A stretch of DNA of 55,364 bases, the filler included, from Trypethelium eluteriae (taxonomy: Eukaryota): assembly GCA_051942245.1 (NCBI GenBank). It is 2 parts of 2 records of this genome, joined end to end, with 100 filler letters (N's around TTAATTAATTAA, not from the genome) between each part and the next. Parts side by side here need not be neighbours in the genome. Positions count along the whole stretch, not along the records: positions 1 to 27,674 come from JAVECL010000328.1; 1 more part is not named here. The stretch is one strand, 5' to 3'. The translations under genes were made by a program, and so were the position numbers. Shown here in pieces: positions 1-10,311 of this stretch. The notes beneath the pieces are model-generated. The model worked only from the letters and a program-made list of their open reading frames with translations. It was not told where the DNA came from and made no database searches. The first letter of the stretch is position 1, and each line of letters opens with the position of its first letter.

Positions 1-140
1 CTTATTTCACGAAGAATTTCTAAAATTTAGCTATTTGTGTGGGGGCTAGCGTATCGTACGATAGTATCGTTATCGTACCGTATCGTACGATAAAAATACC
101 GCCGATACTATCGGCGATAATCGTACCGTTGCCCAGTCTG
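1..140. mobile_element. Probable terminus of a hAT-like DNA transposon or non-autonomous derivative; the element would continue left of the window
   Basis: Reverse complement from 140 reads CAGACTGGGCAACGGTACGATTATCG, a CAG-initiated end followed by dense TATCG/CGTAC subterminal repeats: palindrome TATCGTACGATA at 52-63 and 81-92, and inverted repeat CGCCGATA-C-TATCGGCG at 100-116. The other end and TSD are not visible. Confidence 0.5.
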
Positions 141-1350
141 CCGTCAGTGCCGTCGTAAAATGCAGGGTCCACCACGACCGTTTGAGAGCGTTGCCAGGTT
201 ATCCACGGTTGCCTGCAGGGTCTCTTCATACCTAGTCCTAGCAAGAGGATGCGAAGGATCTAATTAACGATGGAAAGCCGTCGATTGGCACTTCTGAATA
301 GGTGAGAACAGGAAATCAAACCTACCCCTTCAAGTTCAGCAAGACTTCAGTCCCAGGGTTTTAGCCGGATCAACATAAGGTACATATCCATCTCTTGCAT
401 ATGTGGAATGATCTAGCCTACCAATCCACGACTGCATTATTAAACGTGATTTGCGTTCGGTAGGTCTGTCGATTCGGCGTTTCAAGAAGTGGTAGTGGGA
501 TTTGTATCATCAATTGATGGTTCTCCTAGGCCCCTCCTCTCTGACATTTCTGGTATTCCTGATATTTCGCTCAGTATCCTACCAAAAGTGATCAATTCAT
601 TGATATCCTGGATAGACGTTTTGACTACATACCAGATAGAAGCTTAAGACGCGCCATCCGCAGGTTCGAACTATGTCATGCGCTCATCGGCCATAACGTG
701 GGGCAAAATAGGTACCCAATGTTAAATTTAGGAGTCACGATCATCGAATGCTGGCAAGAGACCGGCTTTGAGAAACTAGCACGGAACTCTGAGGTACCTG
801 CTCGTGTTTCAAGTAACATGATGACGACATTTCTGCAAGTAACAGACGACATACAACTATAAGCAGACCATAGTCCTCCTCCAGATCAATTCTCACATGA
901 CCAAAATAATCCGAGTTCTTCAAGTTGTGAGTGCACGCGGGACAGTTAGAGTACGGCTATCACGCACGCAGACATTGGCTCTAACCTCCGTACTCTCCCA
1001 CGCCATTCCCAATGTTGAGAATCAGTGGTAATGGAGGACCCGAGGAGTGTTGCGCGGCCACCGAGTGCAAGAGCTGTCGTAAGAAATGGACAACACGATA
1101 CTGGAGATTTCTGTTGTAATACAGGGGGCTGTGTTTCATTTTCCTACCTAATAAATAGAAGATCATTCAGTTTGGAGTTACACGGCGTCGAGACCGAGGC
1201 TCAATAAGCAATTGAGTGCTTCTACATATCAGAAAAGACTCAAGTAACGCCCAGGATACGCCAGAGCATATGGATTCACGCCACAGATATTCAGTTTCAC
1301 CTCGATAGCACAGCGAACGGGATGGTTCGGCTAGTACATAGGATCAAGCA

Positions 1351-2577
1351 TTAATTCCAGGCCGAGGGCGGAACTGTCTGATCTTCCGTCGGAATCAGAG
1401 TTGCACAAGAGATATGCGGCCAGGTCAGACCATTGAAGTTCAGGGACACATTCTGGGAATATTGGATCTGAGTCGAGGTAACGGTGATCGTCCTAGGCTG
1501 GGTAATCTCGTGCGGCGGATGGACCACGAAGGTCGGAACATGCGCACCCGGATGCGGCTCGGGCGCTGGAATTCTCAAGGGTGGTTGTCCAGGCTTGAAG
1601 ACTGGGACTTGAATCTTGTGCTCCACCTTCTCGATCCAGAAAGTCGCCGTCATCTGAACAGCGCTGGCGTTTGGTCCAGAAGCATTGCCCTGGAGGAAGG
1701 CAATGTTGGCAGTTCCACCACCTAATTCGGGGGCCTCAGGCGTAGTAGAGACCTTGAAGGTGGTTGTCTCGGTGATATTTTTGCCCACGTTGGCGTTGCG
1801 CAACACGGTATTCGGATCGGTCAGTATGTCTTGGGTAATTGTGCCCGCGGCGATGAACTTGGTAAGATCCTGCGGTATTCTGGGAGTGTCTGTTTTGCTT
1901 GCGTCTTGACTGATGAATGGGACGAGCGTAGTCGAGCCGATTAAGGTTGGGGTCATGTCTACTGCCGGAATCTTTGGCGGTCCTGCAGTGCTGGAACTGG
2001 GCGCCAAACATTGGGCGTTGATCGTAGTGCCATGAGGTATAGACCCCATACGCACCAAGGTGTCGCCAATTACCGGGTCAGTTGTGGTCGCCGGTACATG
2101 CATCCATAGCCCCGATTCAAAATGGATTCCAATTGGTTTGCCATCAGCTTTGCCTGTGGCAGGATTGAGAATGTCGCTGATGACCTGGGTGTAAGGTACA
2201 CCGTTGAGGAAAATGTCGTTCTGCGTGATCAGTCCACGATTGGGTATGCTGCCAAGCGGCTGGGCGAATGACAGTGTTTCCGACGTAAGGTTGATCTCGA
2301 GAACGTTTTCGCTTTTGCCTTGTGGCGCCGGAGGGTTGACTGGGTTGGGAAATGTTGTTGTCGTGGGTGGCCCGCTGTTCGGGCGAAAGATCGTATTTAA
2401 ACCGTGTCCAGCGAAATTCCCAGTGAAATTCGACAGCACTCCCAGCGGTGGTGACGGCTCAGCAGAGGGTGGAGGCGGCTCTTTTCCAATCTTGATATCG
2501 ACTTCGTTGATCTTGAAATCGGAGGGGAGTTTTAGAGAGACAGGTGAGGTGACTTTAAGAGTGCCAGCTGTGGACAT
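1351..2577 (-). CDS. Uncharacterised putative heme-binding beta-rich protein of a bacterial/fungal family, single exon, 408 aa
   Basis: Uninterrupted ORF with motifs G-x-G-x-N-T-I-F-R-P, IPNRG, IHFESGLW, RMGSIPHGTT and C-terminal QIQYSQNVSLNFNGLTWPHISCATL. I recall these from a family annotated as 'heme-binding protein'; not verified by search. No signal peptide. TATAAA about 88 bp upstream. Confidence 0.7.
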   Translation of the reverse strand: MSTAGTLKVTSPVSLKLPSDFKINEVDIKIGKEPPPPSAEPSPPLGVLSNFTGNFAGHGLNTIFRPNSGPPTTTTFPNPVNPPAPQGKSENVLEINLTSETLSFAQPLGSIPNRGLITQNDIFLNGVPYTQVISDILNPATGKADGKPIGIHFESGLWMHVPATTTDPVIGDTLVRMGSIPHGTTINAQCLAPSSSTAGPPKIPAVDMTPTLIGSTTLVPFISQDASKTDTPRIPQDLTKFIAAGTITQDILTDPNTVLRNANVGKNITETTTFKVSTTPEAPELGGGTANIAFLQGNASGPNASAVQMTATFWIEKVEHKIQVPVFKPGQPPLRIPAPEPHPGAHVPTFVVHPPHEITQPRTITVTSTQIQYSQNVSLNFNGLTWPHISCATLIPTEDQTVPPSAWN

Positions 2578-2664
2578 GATGATGTTTGTGGTGAACTACT
2601 CAAATCTATACAGCTGTACGTATGAAGGATAGAAAGAAGGGAACTAGGCGGACGACACGAAAGG

Positions 2665-2670
2665 TTTATA
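2665..2670 (-). promoter_or_regulatory. TATA box candidate for the heme-binding protein gene
   Basis: TTTATA on + (TATAAA on -), about 88 nt upstream of the ATG at 2577. Confidence 0.4.
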
Positions 2671-4248
2671 CAATTGGATCTCTTTTGTGAAGCTCAGAGT
2701 CACTAACCATATAGCCATGTCACCGGTGTGGCGCTTTTGTCTAGACACATCTCATCAAGCTCAGCTAACCTTGGGCGTTCGAGTAGAACATTCGAGACTT
2801 GTGTAGATTCTCAGAATGCGCCGGTTCTGGCATTCCGTCCAGCCTCAACGCTGGATTGGACAAATGAAGAGTGGGCTGTGATTATGTGCAGCTGACTCGA
2901 GATCGTATCCGCAAACTGTGGAAAACGCCGATATGCAATTCACCACAATACGAGGTGATCTTCCCGCTCTGAGCTCCTCTGGATATATGATGCTGCAAGG
3001 CGATGAACCCAGCAAAGATAGCTTGGGTAGCTTGAGGATTATGAAGCATGGGCTCATAAGCCTAGGCGACAACGATGAACGCCTGCATCATCGGGGTGCA
3101 TCCGATGGCTCAAGATGCTTTAGGTTGAAATTGATTGAAGTATCAGAGAGTACGGTTTGCTGAAGGGTCATTGCTATTTAACGGATTCAAGTATGTATAT
3201 CTCCATGACTTTTCCCCTCTACGACGCCACAGGAGACAACGTCGCCTGGGTAATGACTGCCCGGATTGACGCTAACCACCCTAGGCATAAGGGGGGATCT
3301 ATCCGTAGATCGACGCCAGGTATACTATACCTCCACCTACGCAACCTTCCAGTCTTCTGCGATTTAGGAAACATGCTGCGACTTGAGGGATAGTTGCGCT
3401 AATTATCGCATGCCATCAACAGTGGTGCTTTCATCTCAAAGAAACGCCTCTTTCCTTCAGATTTTCGTGATCAGCCGCGCCAGCCCCCGGAGGTGTAACT
3501 GTAGTGTGACTTAACCTACGCCATCCTCCTGCGTCCTGGCGAGTCAACAGTGAAGGAAACCCCCCACGATCCTCCGAATGCCCTTCTCAGGTAGCCATTA
3601 TCATCATTTTGTGTGAGAGTACGCTAATAATGCAGGTCGTCGATGTTGGAAGTGGGAAGACGGTCTTACATCAGCTGATGCTGTTTGGTGCACCCTTGCT
3701 TGAAGTCGGGCAACAAGTTGCATGCGTCAACCCTTAACAACGGACTCGTGAAATCGTCCTCTCAGCGAGTGCTTTGAGACATGATTGGCAACATCCAGCC
3801 ACCCACTTGCTCCAGAAACTTCTTCAAGAGCGGGGTTATCCTCTCGTACGGTGTTCTTCGATTATCCTCATAGCCTCATTGCTGCCCAATCAGCTCAATA
3901 ACGCCAACGTGAGGAGACAGTGCAGGATCATTTCCATTTTTACACTTCCCCAAATGCTCGGATGCGTCTCTTGAGTAGGCGATTGAATCTGGCGGCTAGG
4001 TTCCCCTCACTCATTCTCTTACGCAGCCAAGAGGGTTTCGACCTCAAGCGCTTTTTACAGGGCACTACCATCCAACGACTATCGTGGCACACTATTGCAT
4101 GAGCTACTCGCTGCATGATGCTAACAAATTCAATTCTAGACCTCATTGCGGTTGCTACGAACGTTTCGGGGTACTCTTTCCGTTCCACTGGTCCTGCATC
4201 TGAAAAAGATGCTCGAGAAACCATGCCATCGGTGCGGAAGAAACCGCC

Positions 4249-4255
4249 TATAAAA
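4249..4255 (+). promoter_or_regulatory. TATA box candidate for the pyranose oxidase gene
   Basis: TATAAAA about 100 nt upstream of the ATG at 4353. Confidence 0.45.
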
Positions 4256-4352
4256 TGTTCTTCAAGAAGCCCAGGTTGAGCTTTCAAGTACAACATCGTC
4301 TTGAATCGGTTCTTTCCACAAGAACAGCTCTTAATAAGCTCAATACGTTGAC

Positions 4353-6114
4353 ATGACGCCTGCGTTTACTGAACACACCTCCGAACCTGCTGTCTACACG
4401 ACAGATGTTTTGGTCGTCGGCTCCGGGCCCGTTGGGGCAACTTATGCCAGAAAGCTTGTCGATGCAGGAATTGAAGTCCTTATGGTTGAGATCGGGTCTC
4501 AGGAAAACCCAATCCCAGGCGAGCACAAGAAGAATGCAATCGCCTACCAAAAGGACCTGAACAGCTTCTCAAGTGCCGTTAATGCTGAGTTGAATCTTTT
4601 GTCTGTCCCAACTACACCGAACGTGTTTCCTACAACTGAGCCCATCTCTTTTTCCTCGTGAGTCAACCGTTGCTATCTCCTCGTATCTATACTTTCCAAT
4701 ACTTAAAATGGAACAGCAAAGGTACTATTCATAATGGTCAGAACCCCAGGCAAGACGCCTTCTTCAATATACCTGCTGCAGGCGCCTCTCGTACTGTTGG
4801 TGGCATGGGTGCTCATTGGACCTGCTGTACTCCTGAGGAACACCCCAAGATTGAGCGATCCAATCTCTTCAGCAACGATGAATGGGAGTCACTCTACGCC
4901 GAAGCGCGGTCTTTAATTGGCACCACCCGTGAAGCTTTTGAGAAATCAATCAGACAGCAACTCGTCAAGAGGACGCTCCAGAAAGCTTGGTCTCACACTG
5001 GTCGTGAATTTTTACCCATGCCCCTGGCCGTAAAGCGAAGCAAGATTAACTTCGACTACCTAACCTGGGGGTCTCCAGCCACAGTATTTGGCAATATTAC
5101 TCGTACAGTAGATCGACCGGGAGCTCCTAACTTCACCCTGCTCCCAGAGCATCGGTGCACCCGTATCGAATTTGATACTTATTCCAATGAGATCAACGGC
5201 GTCTTGGGTAGAAACCTGCGTACCAATAAGGATGTTCTATTCAAGGCCAAGAAGTACGTTATCTGCGCCGGTTCCGTTCTAACACCAGGCATTCTTTATA
5301 ATTCTGGTCTCCAACCGAAGCTCCCTGCTTTGGGTCGTTACCTCAGTGAACAAATTATGTACGTGAAAGCCCCTAATCTTCTAACTTCTGATCCTAGGCT
5401 CATACCCTACTTAGGACATTTTGTCAGATCATTCTGAAGAAGAGCCTTATCGACGAGGTTCCACGCGACCCATACGGTCTCGGTTGGGATAAAATTGCAG
5501 CCGAGCACCATAAAAAGCACCCGAGCGACCCCCTTCCGTTCCCATTCAACGATCCAGACCCTCAGGTAACCAGTCCAGTATCTGAGAAATTCCAATGGCA
5601 CACGCAAATCCACCGCGATGCCTTCACATACGGTCAAATCCCTCCCGACATTGATCAACGCACCGTCGTGGATCTGCGCTTCTACTGCAAGACCGACCCG
5701 CACCACGACAACTACGTCGAATTCACCAACGACATCAAGGACACCTTCGGCATGCCGCAACCGACCTTCCATTTCCAGATCAAAGATTACGAGGCCAAGC
5801 GTGCCCACGAGATGATGCTTGACATGCAGCGCGTCGCCGGCGATTTGGGTGGCTATGTTCCTGGTCAGAGCCCCCATTACCTGCCGCCTGGCAGCGCGCT
5901 GCACATCACGGGCACGACGCGCGCTGGTACATCTGAGCATGACTCTGTGTGTAACAAGAATGGTAAGGTTTGGGGCACGAACGACTTGTATGTTGGGGGG
6001 AACGGCGTCATCCCGACGGGTACGGCGTGCAACCCGACGCTGACCAGCATGTGCTTTGCGATTGTGGCCGCAAATACCATCATCGCAGAGCTAGGGAAGG
6101 ATGCGAAGAAATGA
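4353..6114 (+). CDS. p2ox: Pyranose 2-oxidase (GMC oxidoreductase, CAZy AA3_4); exons 4353-4657, 4717-5358, 5415-6114
   Basis: FAD-binding DVLVVGSGPVG, PGEHKKN, flavinylation motif VGGMGAHWTCCTP, substrate loop WHTQIHRDAFTYG, catalytic His (ALHITGT) and Asn (ACNPTLT). Two GT-AG introns restore the frame exactly. Confidence 0.93.
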
Positions 6115-7141
6115 GGTGTTCTGAGGCTTAGGGTTTCAGATTTGTTTAGGGGAAATGCAAGCTAAGTCTTGTTGGAAGGTAGTAACAAAGTCTATGAAGT
6201 GAAATCTATCCTTCTCGAGCCTAAGTAGTGGCGTTCAATCTCAGATAGGTCAAATGCAGTGTATATGTAACTTGAGCGATCTGCGAAATGAAATTTACCC
6301 TTTCCGATGTCCGGCAAGCAATCAACCGCGGTCTCGGTGGCAAGTCACGATCCTTACTCGTATTCACCTGATAGGACTGCTAGTAGGATTGCCTTCTCAC
6401 ACATCACATACAAGATCAATTTTGTATTATAGTATTAGCGAGCTGAAGCCTTTAAAACTGTTGAAATTGATGTCTTGATTCTATGAAGCTATCTAGGTGT
6501 GAGGGTTTCATGCAGGGGTTCACAGGTGCGCTAGCCTAGGTTGGATGGATTCAGGTTGATCTTTCAACAAAAACTCGTCCTTGTATACGGCTGCAGTCCG
6601 TTACTCATGTCTCTGCGTAGGACAACAGCACGCTTTGTCGTCACTTGTGAATCGACGGGAGCTTCGGCTTAGCCACTGGCCCACTCCAAATTGTGGCTGT
6701 GCTGAAATCACGTTCGAGGCCGTTTGCTCGCCTGCTTTAGGCAGCACTGCGACACTTGAAAATTTTGAGTACTCTATCGCAGAAGCTGATACCGCACTGA
6801 TAATGAGTTGAACTCTCGTTTTATTTCTATGGAGCAACATACCATCATTCCATATCAACGTTCAACTGGGCGGTACGATACTCTATCCCACGTTACTCTT
6901 CTCCATATCGTCGATTTCGTCCATGTTACTGAGAAGACCGACGCTGTCGCTACCTGAATCAGTACAGGCGAAGAGAGCTTGGACACTTCTGAAGTTTTCC
7001 TGTAGAATCCTTCTTCGCAAGGCTCAACCTTGCAAGTTTGTCTTGATGAGGCTTCAGCTCATAAGTAACCTAGTCTACTACATCTTGCCACTGCAATCTT
7101 TTGTTCCTCTAAATCGACACTCTCGACAGTCTAAGAGAGCT

Positions 7142-8041
7142 ATGCATCTGATCGTCGATTGGGACGGGACATTGACAAAGCAAGATACTTTGCACGTTGT
7201 TGCTCAGATCGGATACGCCCACAATCGCGACCAGAATCTTACTCCTTGGGACGAAATCGTGCGAGCATATGGCTTTGACTATTCTCTTCATGAGGCAACT
7301 TACAAGCCGGTTGGGGAAGAACGCAAGAGTATTGCCGAAGAAAGCAAATGGCTTGCCAGCCTTAGAGACGTTGAACGGAAGAGCTTCGAAAGGGTTGGGG
7401 CGGCTGGAATATTCACAGGAGTGACAAAGCAAGATGTCTCCTCCGCGTCCAAGTCTGCAATCATCAACAGGGAAATCGAGCTTCGAAATGGCTGGAGGGA
7501 GCTTCTCTCGATCGCTTGTGACAATGGCAATCAGGGGTCCGGGTTATCACCCATGTCTGTCATCAGTGTGAATTGGAGTCGTACGTTTATAAGAACATGT
7601 CTCGAGACTGCTCTTCTAAAGACCTCTGGAAACGACATTGATATGGACTCTGTTCCAATTTACGCAAACGAAATATACCGTGACGTCGAAGACAGGCCTA
7701 AGATCTATACGAGCGCGGATAAGCTCACTGCATTTCAAAAATTACGTGAAACTGGCAACCGTCCTACTATTTATGTGGGGGACACATCCACTGATTTTGA
7801 TTGTTTGGTTGCTGCTGACGTTGGAATATGCGTGCGAGATGAGATTATGGGTGGCGGACAGACAGAACTGAAGGACACATTGGAACGAGTAGGCTTTGAA
7901 ATCGCGCGCTTGAGTCCAGCGGCATGGGCAGGGATTGACCAAGGAGTTAGAGATGAGTGTGATCTCGAGATTCGAGAGAATAGGAGGGTCTGGTGGGTGA
8001 CAGATCTGACGGAGATTGTCAAGTTTATCGAGGAAATTTGA
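7142..8041 (+). CDS. HAD-superfamily phosphatase (Cto1 / thiamine-phosphate-phosphatase-like); possible upstream in-frame start at 6923
   Basis: Motif I DWDGT, motif II VISVNWS, conserved Lys in TSADK, motif IV YVGDTSTDFDCL; single exon. Confidence 0.8.
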   Translation: MHLIVDWDGTLTKQDTLHVVAQIGYAHNRDQNLTPWDEIVRAYGFDYSLHEATYKPVGEERKSIAEESKWLASLRDVERKSFERVGAAGIFTGVTKQDVSSASKSAIINREIELRNGWRELLSIACDNGNQGSGLSPMSVISVNWSRTFIRTCLETALLKTSGNDIDMDSVPIYANEIYRDVEDRPKIYTSADKLTAFQKLRETGNRPTIYVGDTSTDFDCLVAADVGICVRDEIMGGGQTELKDTLERVGFEIARLSPAAWAGIDQGVRDECDLEIRENRRVWWVTDLTEIVKFIEEI

Positions 8042-8620
8042 CAGTAGATGAATCGAATACATCTAGCCGGGTAATCTACGATCATCGAAGTCTCTATCAA
8101 AATTCGCCGAAACGTTTTGGAAACCTGGTAAGATGCCTAATTATAGGGAAGCCATGTACTTTTATCCCAGGAGCCCATCCAGTATACTGATGACTGAGTA
8201 CAATGCAGTATGCAACCTTTCCTTCGAATGCGTTCTGAACCGTCGCTCATATGCTTGAAGTGTTGGTCTTCTTCCCGGTTGCCGCTCCGGTGCACGGAAC
8301 GCATCCAATGCGAACCGTGTATCAGGCATCGCAACTTGGCTAAACGTACAGGGATTGATTATGGTAGTGTAAGGAATGGCAGTTATATTCAGGCCAACGT
8401 CTGACGAACCCTATGCGGCCTCCCAGCTAGCAGAAAGATGGCTGCTAGTCGCTCGCACGTGTAGTACTACAGCGAGGCTTTACGTGCGCAACTATCTGGT
8501 AGTACTCTACAGGGTGGGATTTCTGACACTAAACTCAATCAAGCCAGCCTTGTAGCCACAATTTGCTTATTGTAGCCTCGCCGTAGGGACGAAGATTCTA
8601 CATCTTTTTAAAGAACGATC

Positions 8621-10311
8621 ATGACTTCAATGATGAAGTATTCTGAGATTATCAATCATTTGGAATTGGAGCAGAGACTTGATGAGAGGCAAGGCTTGGT
8701 ACACAACTGGCCGGAAGTAGGCTTGATTGAGGTACACAAAGGCATTGTCGGTACGTAAGGCCATCCTACACCCTCTTCCATATCTGAATAAAAGCAGGTC
8801 CTCAGAAAAGCCTGAACCATGAAGACTTGATTAGTTATTTTTCAGTCTGTCGTTCCCTAGACTTGGTCCAACCTTGAGGATAGAACATACTGACTATCGA
8901 CCACTCGAACCAGAACTCGCTAATGGGAGGTGCTCCGCAAGATCTGTTGCGTATATTGTATGCGCCACGGCCTTTGTTTTTGTGAACTGGACACCAGCAA
9001 CTACTGATATAGAGTAGCCTCCTAAAAAGTCTTGGCACTGTGAGAACTGCCGACGGAAGACAAACAAGCGAAGAAGAGTCTGCTTCGGTCAATCCTTTAG
9101 CGCTACGGGTGCTTCGTCGGGAGGCAGGTCTGTCTAATCTCCTCTTTGCCGCCACTTGCGCAACGGGCCATTGGTTTTCGGTGAAGCATACGATCTTTCA
9201 GTACCAAGACAAAAATGAGAAGGCCGAAAAGTTTGGTACGTTCGTATAACCAGTCGATAGGGCCTGTCCAAAGTCCTCGCTAACTATGACCAGAGACGTT
9301 CTATGAGTTCGTCATGGATGTCCCTGCGTGCATGCAATTCTTCTCTGACTTCAGATCGAATACATACTTCTGTTTAAACCTTCCAACTACGATCCTGACG
9401 CGGTTCATCAGCGACATTGGAGCAGACTCGATTCTTGCCAACCGCCTATTCTATCTGGACATAATACTTGCAGATGAAATAATGAGGAAGTGGCAAAGAG
9501 ACATGGAGGAACCGCGAGAAACTCTAAAAACTCTTGTGCGTGCAATGAGAGTGGCTGTACAAAAGCCAAGACGACTGATTTGCACAGGAAAGAATGTCTG
9601 AACTTACCAATTTGGATAGGATAACAAGACAACTGCATACGCTTTCTCAAAGCTGGCATATCCATATGCGAAACTTATCAGACTTTGACGCTTTTGTAAG
9701 ATTCATTCAATCGGCATCGAGGAGCTACTCTAGACTTTCGAATCATCTTAGGATCGAGCGAAAGCCTATTACTGTCATGGACCGAGCTCGCACATCAGAT
9801 GAGTCCCTCAAGTATCTGTCATCCAGTTGTCAATCTCTGAGACATTTGGTCACTGATTATCAAGGTCGTACAAATATCCAAATCAATCTGGTCAGCTTCC
9901 GAAGGCCGATGTGCGCTGACTCCAAAACTGACCGAACTTATAGCTATTCCACCTCACAAATCAGCTAGACAGTCGAGCCAATAAAGCAATGGCAGAGCTG
10001 ACCGCGGAGCTTACAAGAAGACTCGACAGGATAGTGCATCTATGATCACCATTGCAGCGGTTACCATGTTCTTCCTTCCGGGCACATTTGTTGCTGTAAG
10101 CTCTTCTCGTAGACCAGTGGGCAGAAATTTCTAGCTAAATTTCCCCATACAGTCTTTCCTTAACTCCGCCTTTTTCAACTTTACAGAACACGGTATCAAG
10201 GTTTCAGACTTCGTCTGGATTTTTCCAGTAGCGACATTGCCGCTCACAATTGTTGTATTTTGTGTCTGGCTCGGATGGATGCGCTGGCGACATAGGCGAG
10301 GTGATCTCTAA
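8621..10311 (+). pseudogene. Fungal CorA-like membrane protein gene, 8 exons, with one -1 frameshift near 10016 (pseudogene or assembly error)
   Basis: GT-AG introns at 8751-8797, 8845-8913, 8958-9017, 9236-9293, 9536-9587, 9891-9943 and 10096-10152 give an open frame up to LFHLTNQLDSRANKAMAELT. The CorA-like C-terminus DSASMITIAAVTMFFLPGTFVA/SFLNSAFF...VWIFPVATLPLTIVVFCVWLGW follows one base out of frame. Confidence 0.65.

Noticed and set aside
141..1166. Short minus-strand ORFs possibly from a decayed gene next to the transposon end
   Set aside because: No recognisable domain or consistent exon structure.
1351..2577. Possible aldos-2-ulose dehydratase (cortalcerone pathway partner of P2O)
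   Set aside because: Too short, and lacks the FG-GAP-like propeller repeats and cupin domains of that enzyme.
3591..3737. Intron-like segment followed by VVDVGSGKT (methyltransferase-like) in the divergent promoter
   Set aside because: The frame closes after about 33 codons and no further motifs are present; chance or an unrecognisable relic.
5407..5940. 177-aa antisense ORF over pyranose oxidase (and similar antisense ORFs over other genes)
   Set aside because: Explained by high GC3 codon bias of the sense gene; no recognisable motifs.
6480..7140. TPP riboswitch upstream of the thiamine-phosphatase-like HAD gene
   Set aside because: Conserved CTGAGA and CTTGAT/CCTGAT...AATNCCAGCG cores were not found in the proper arrangement.
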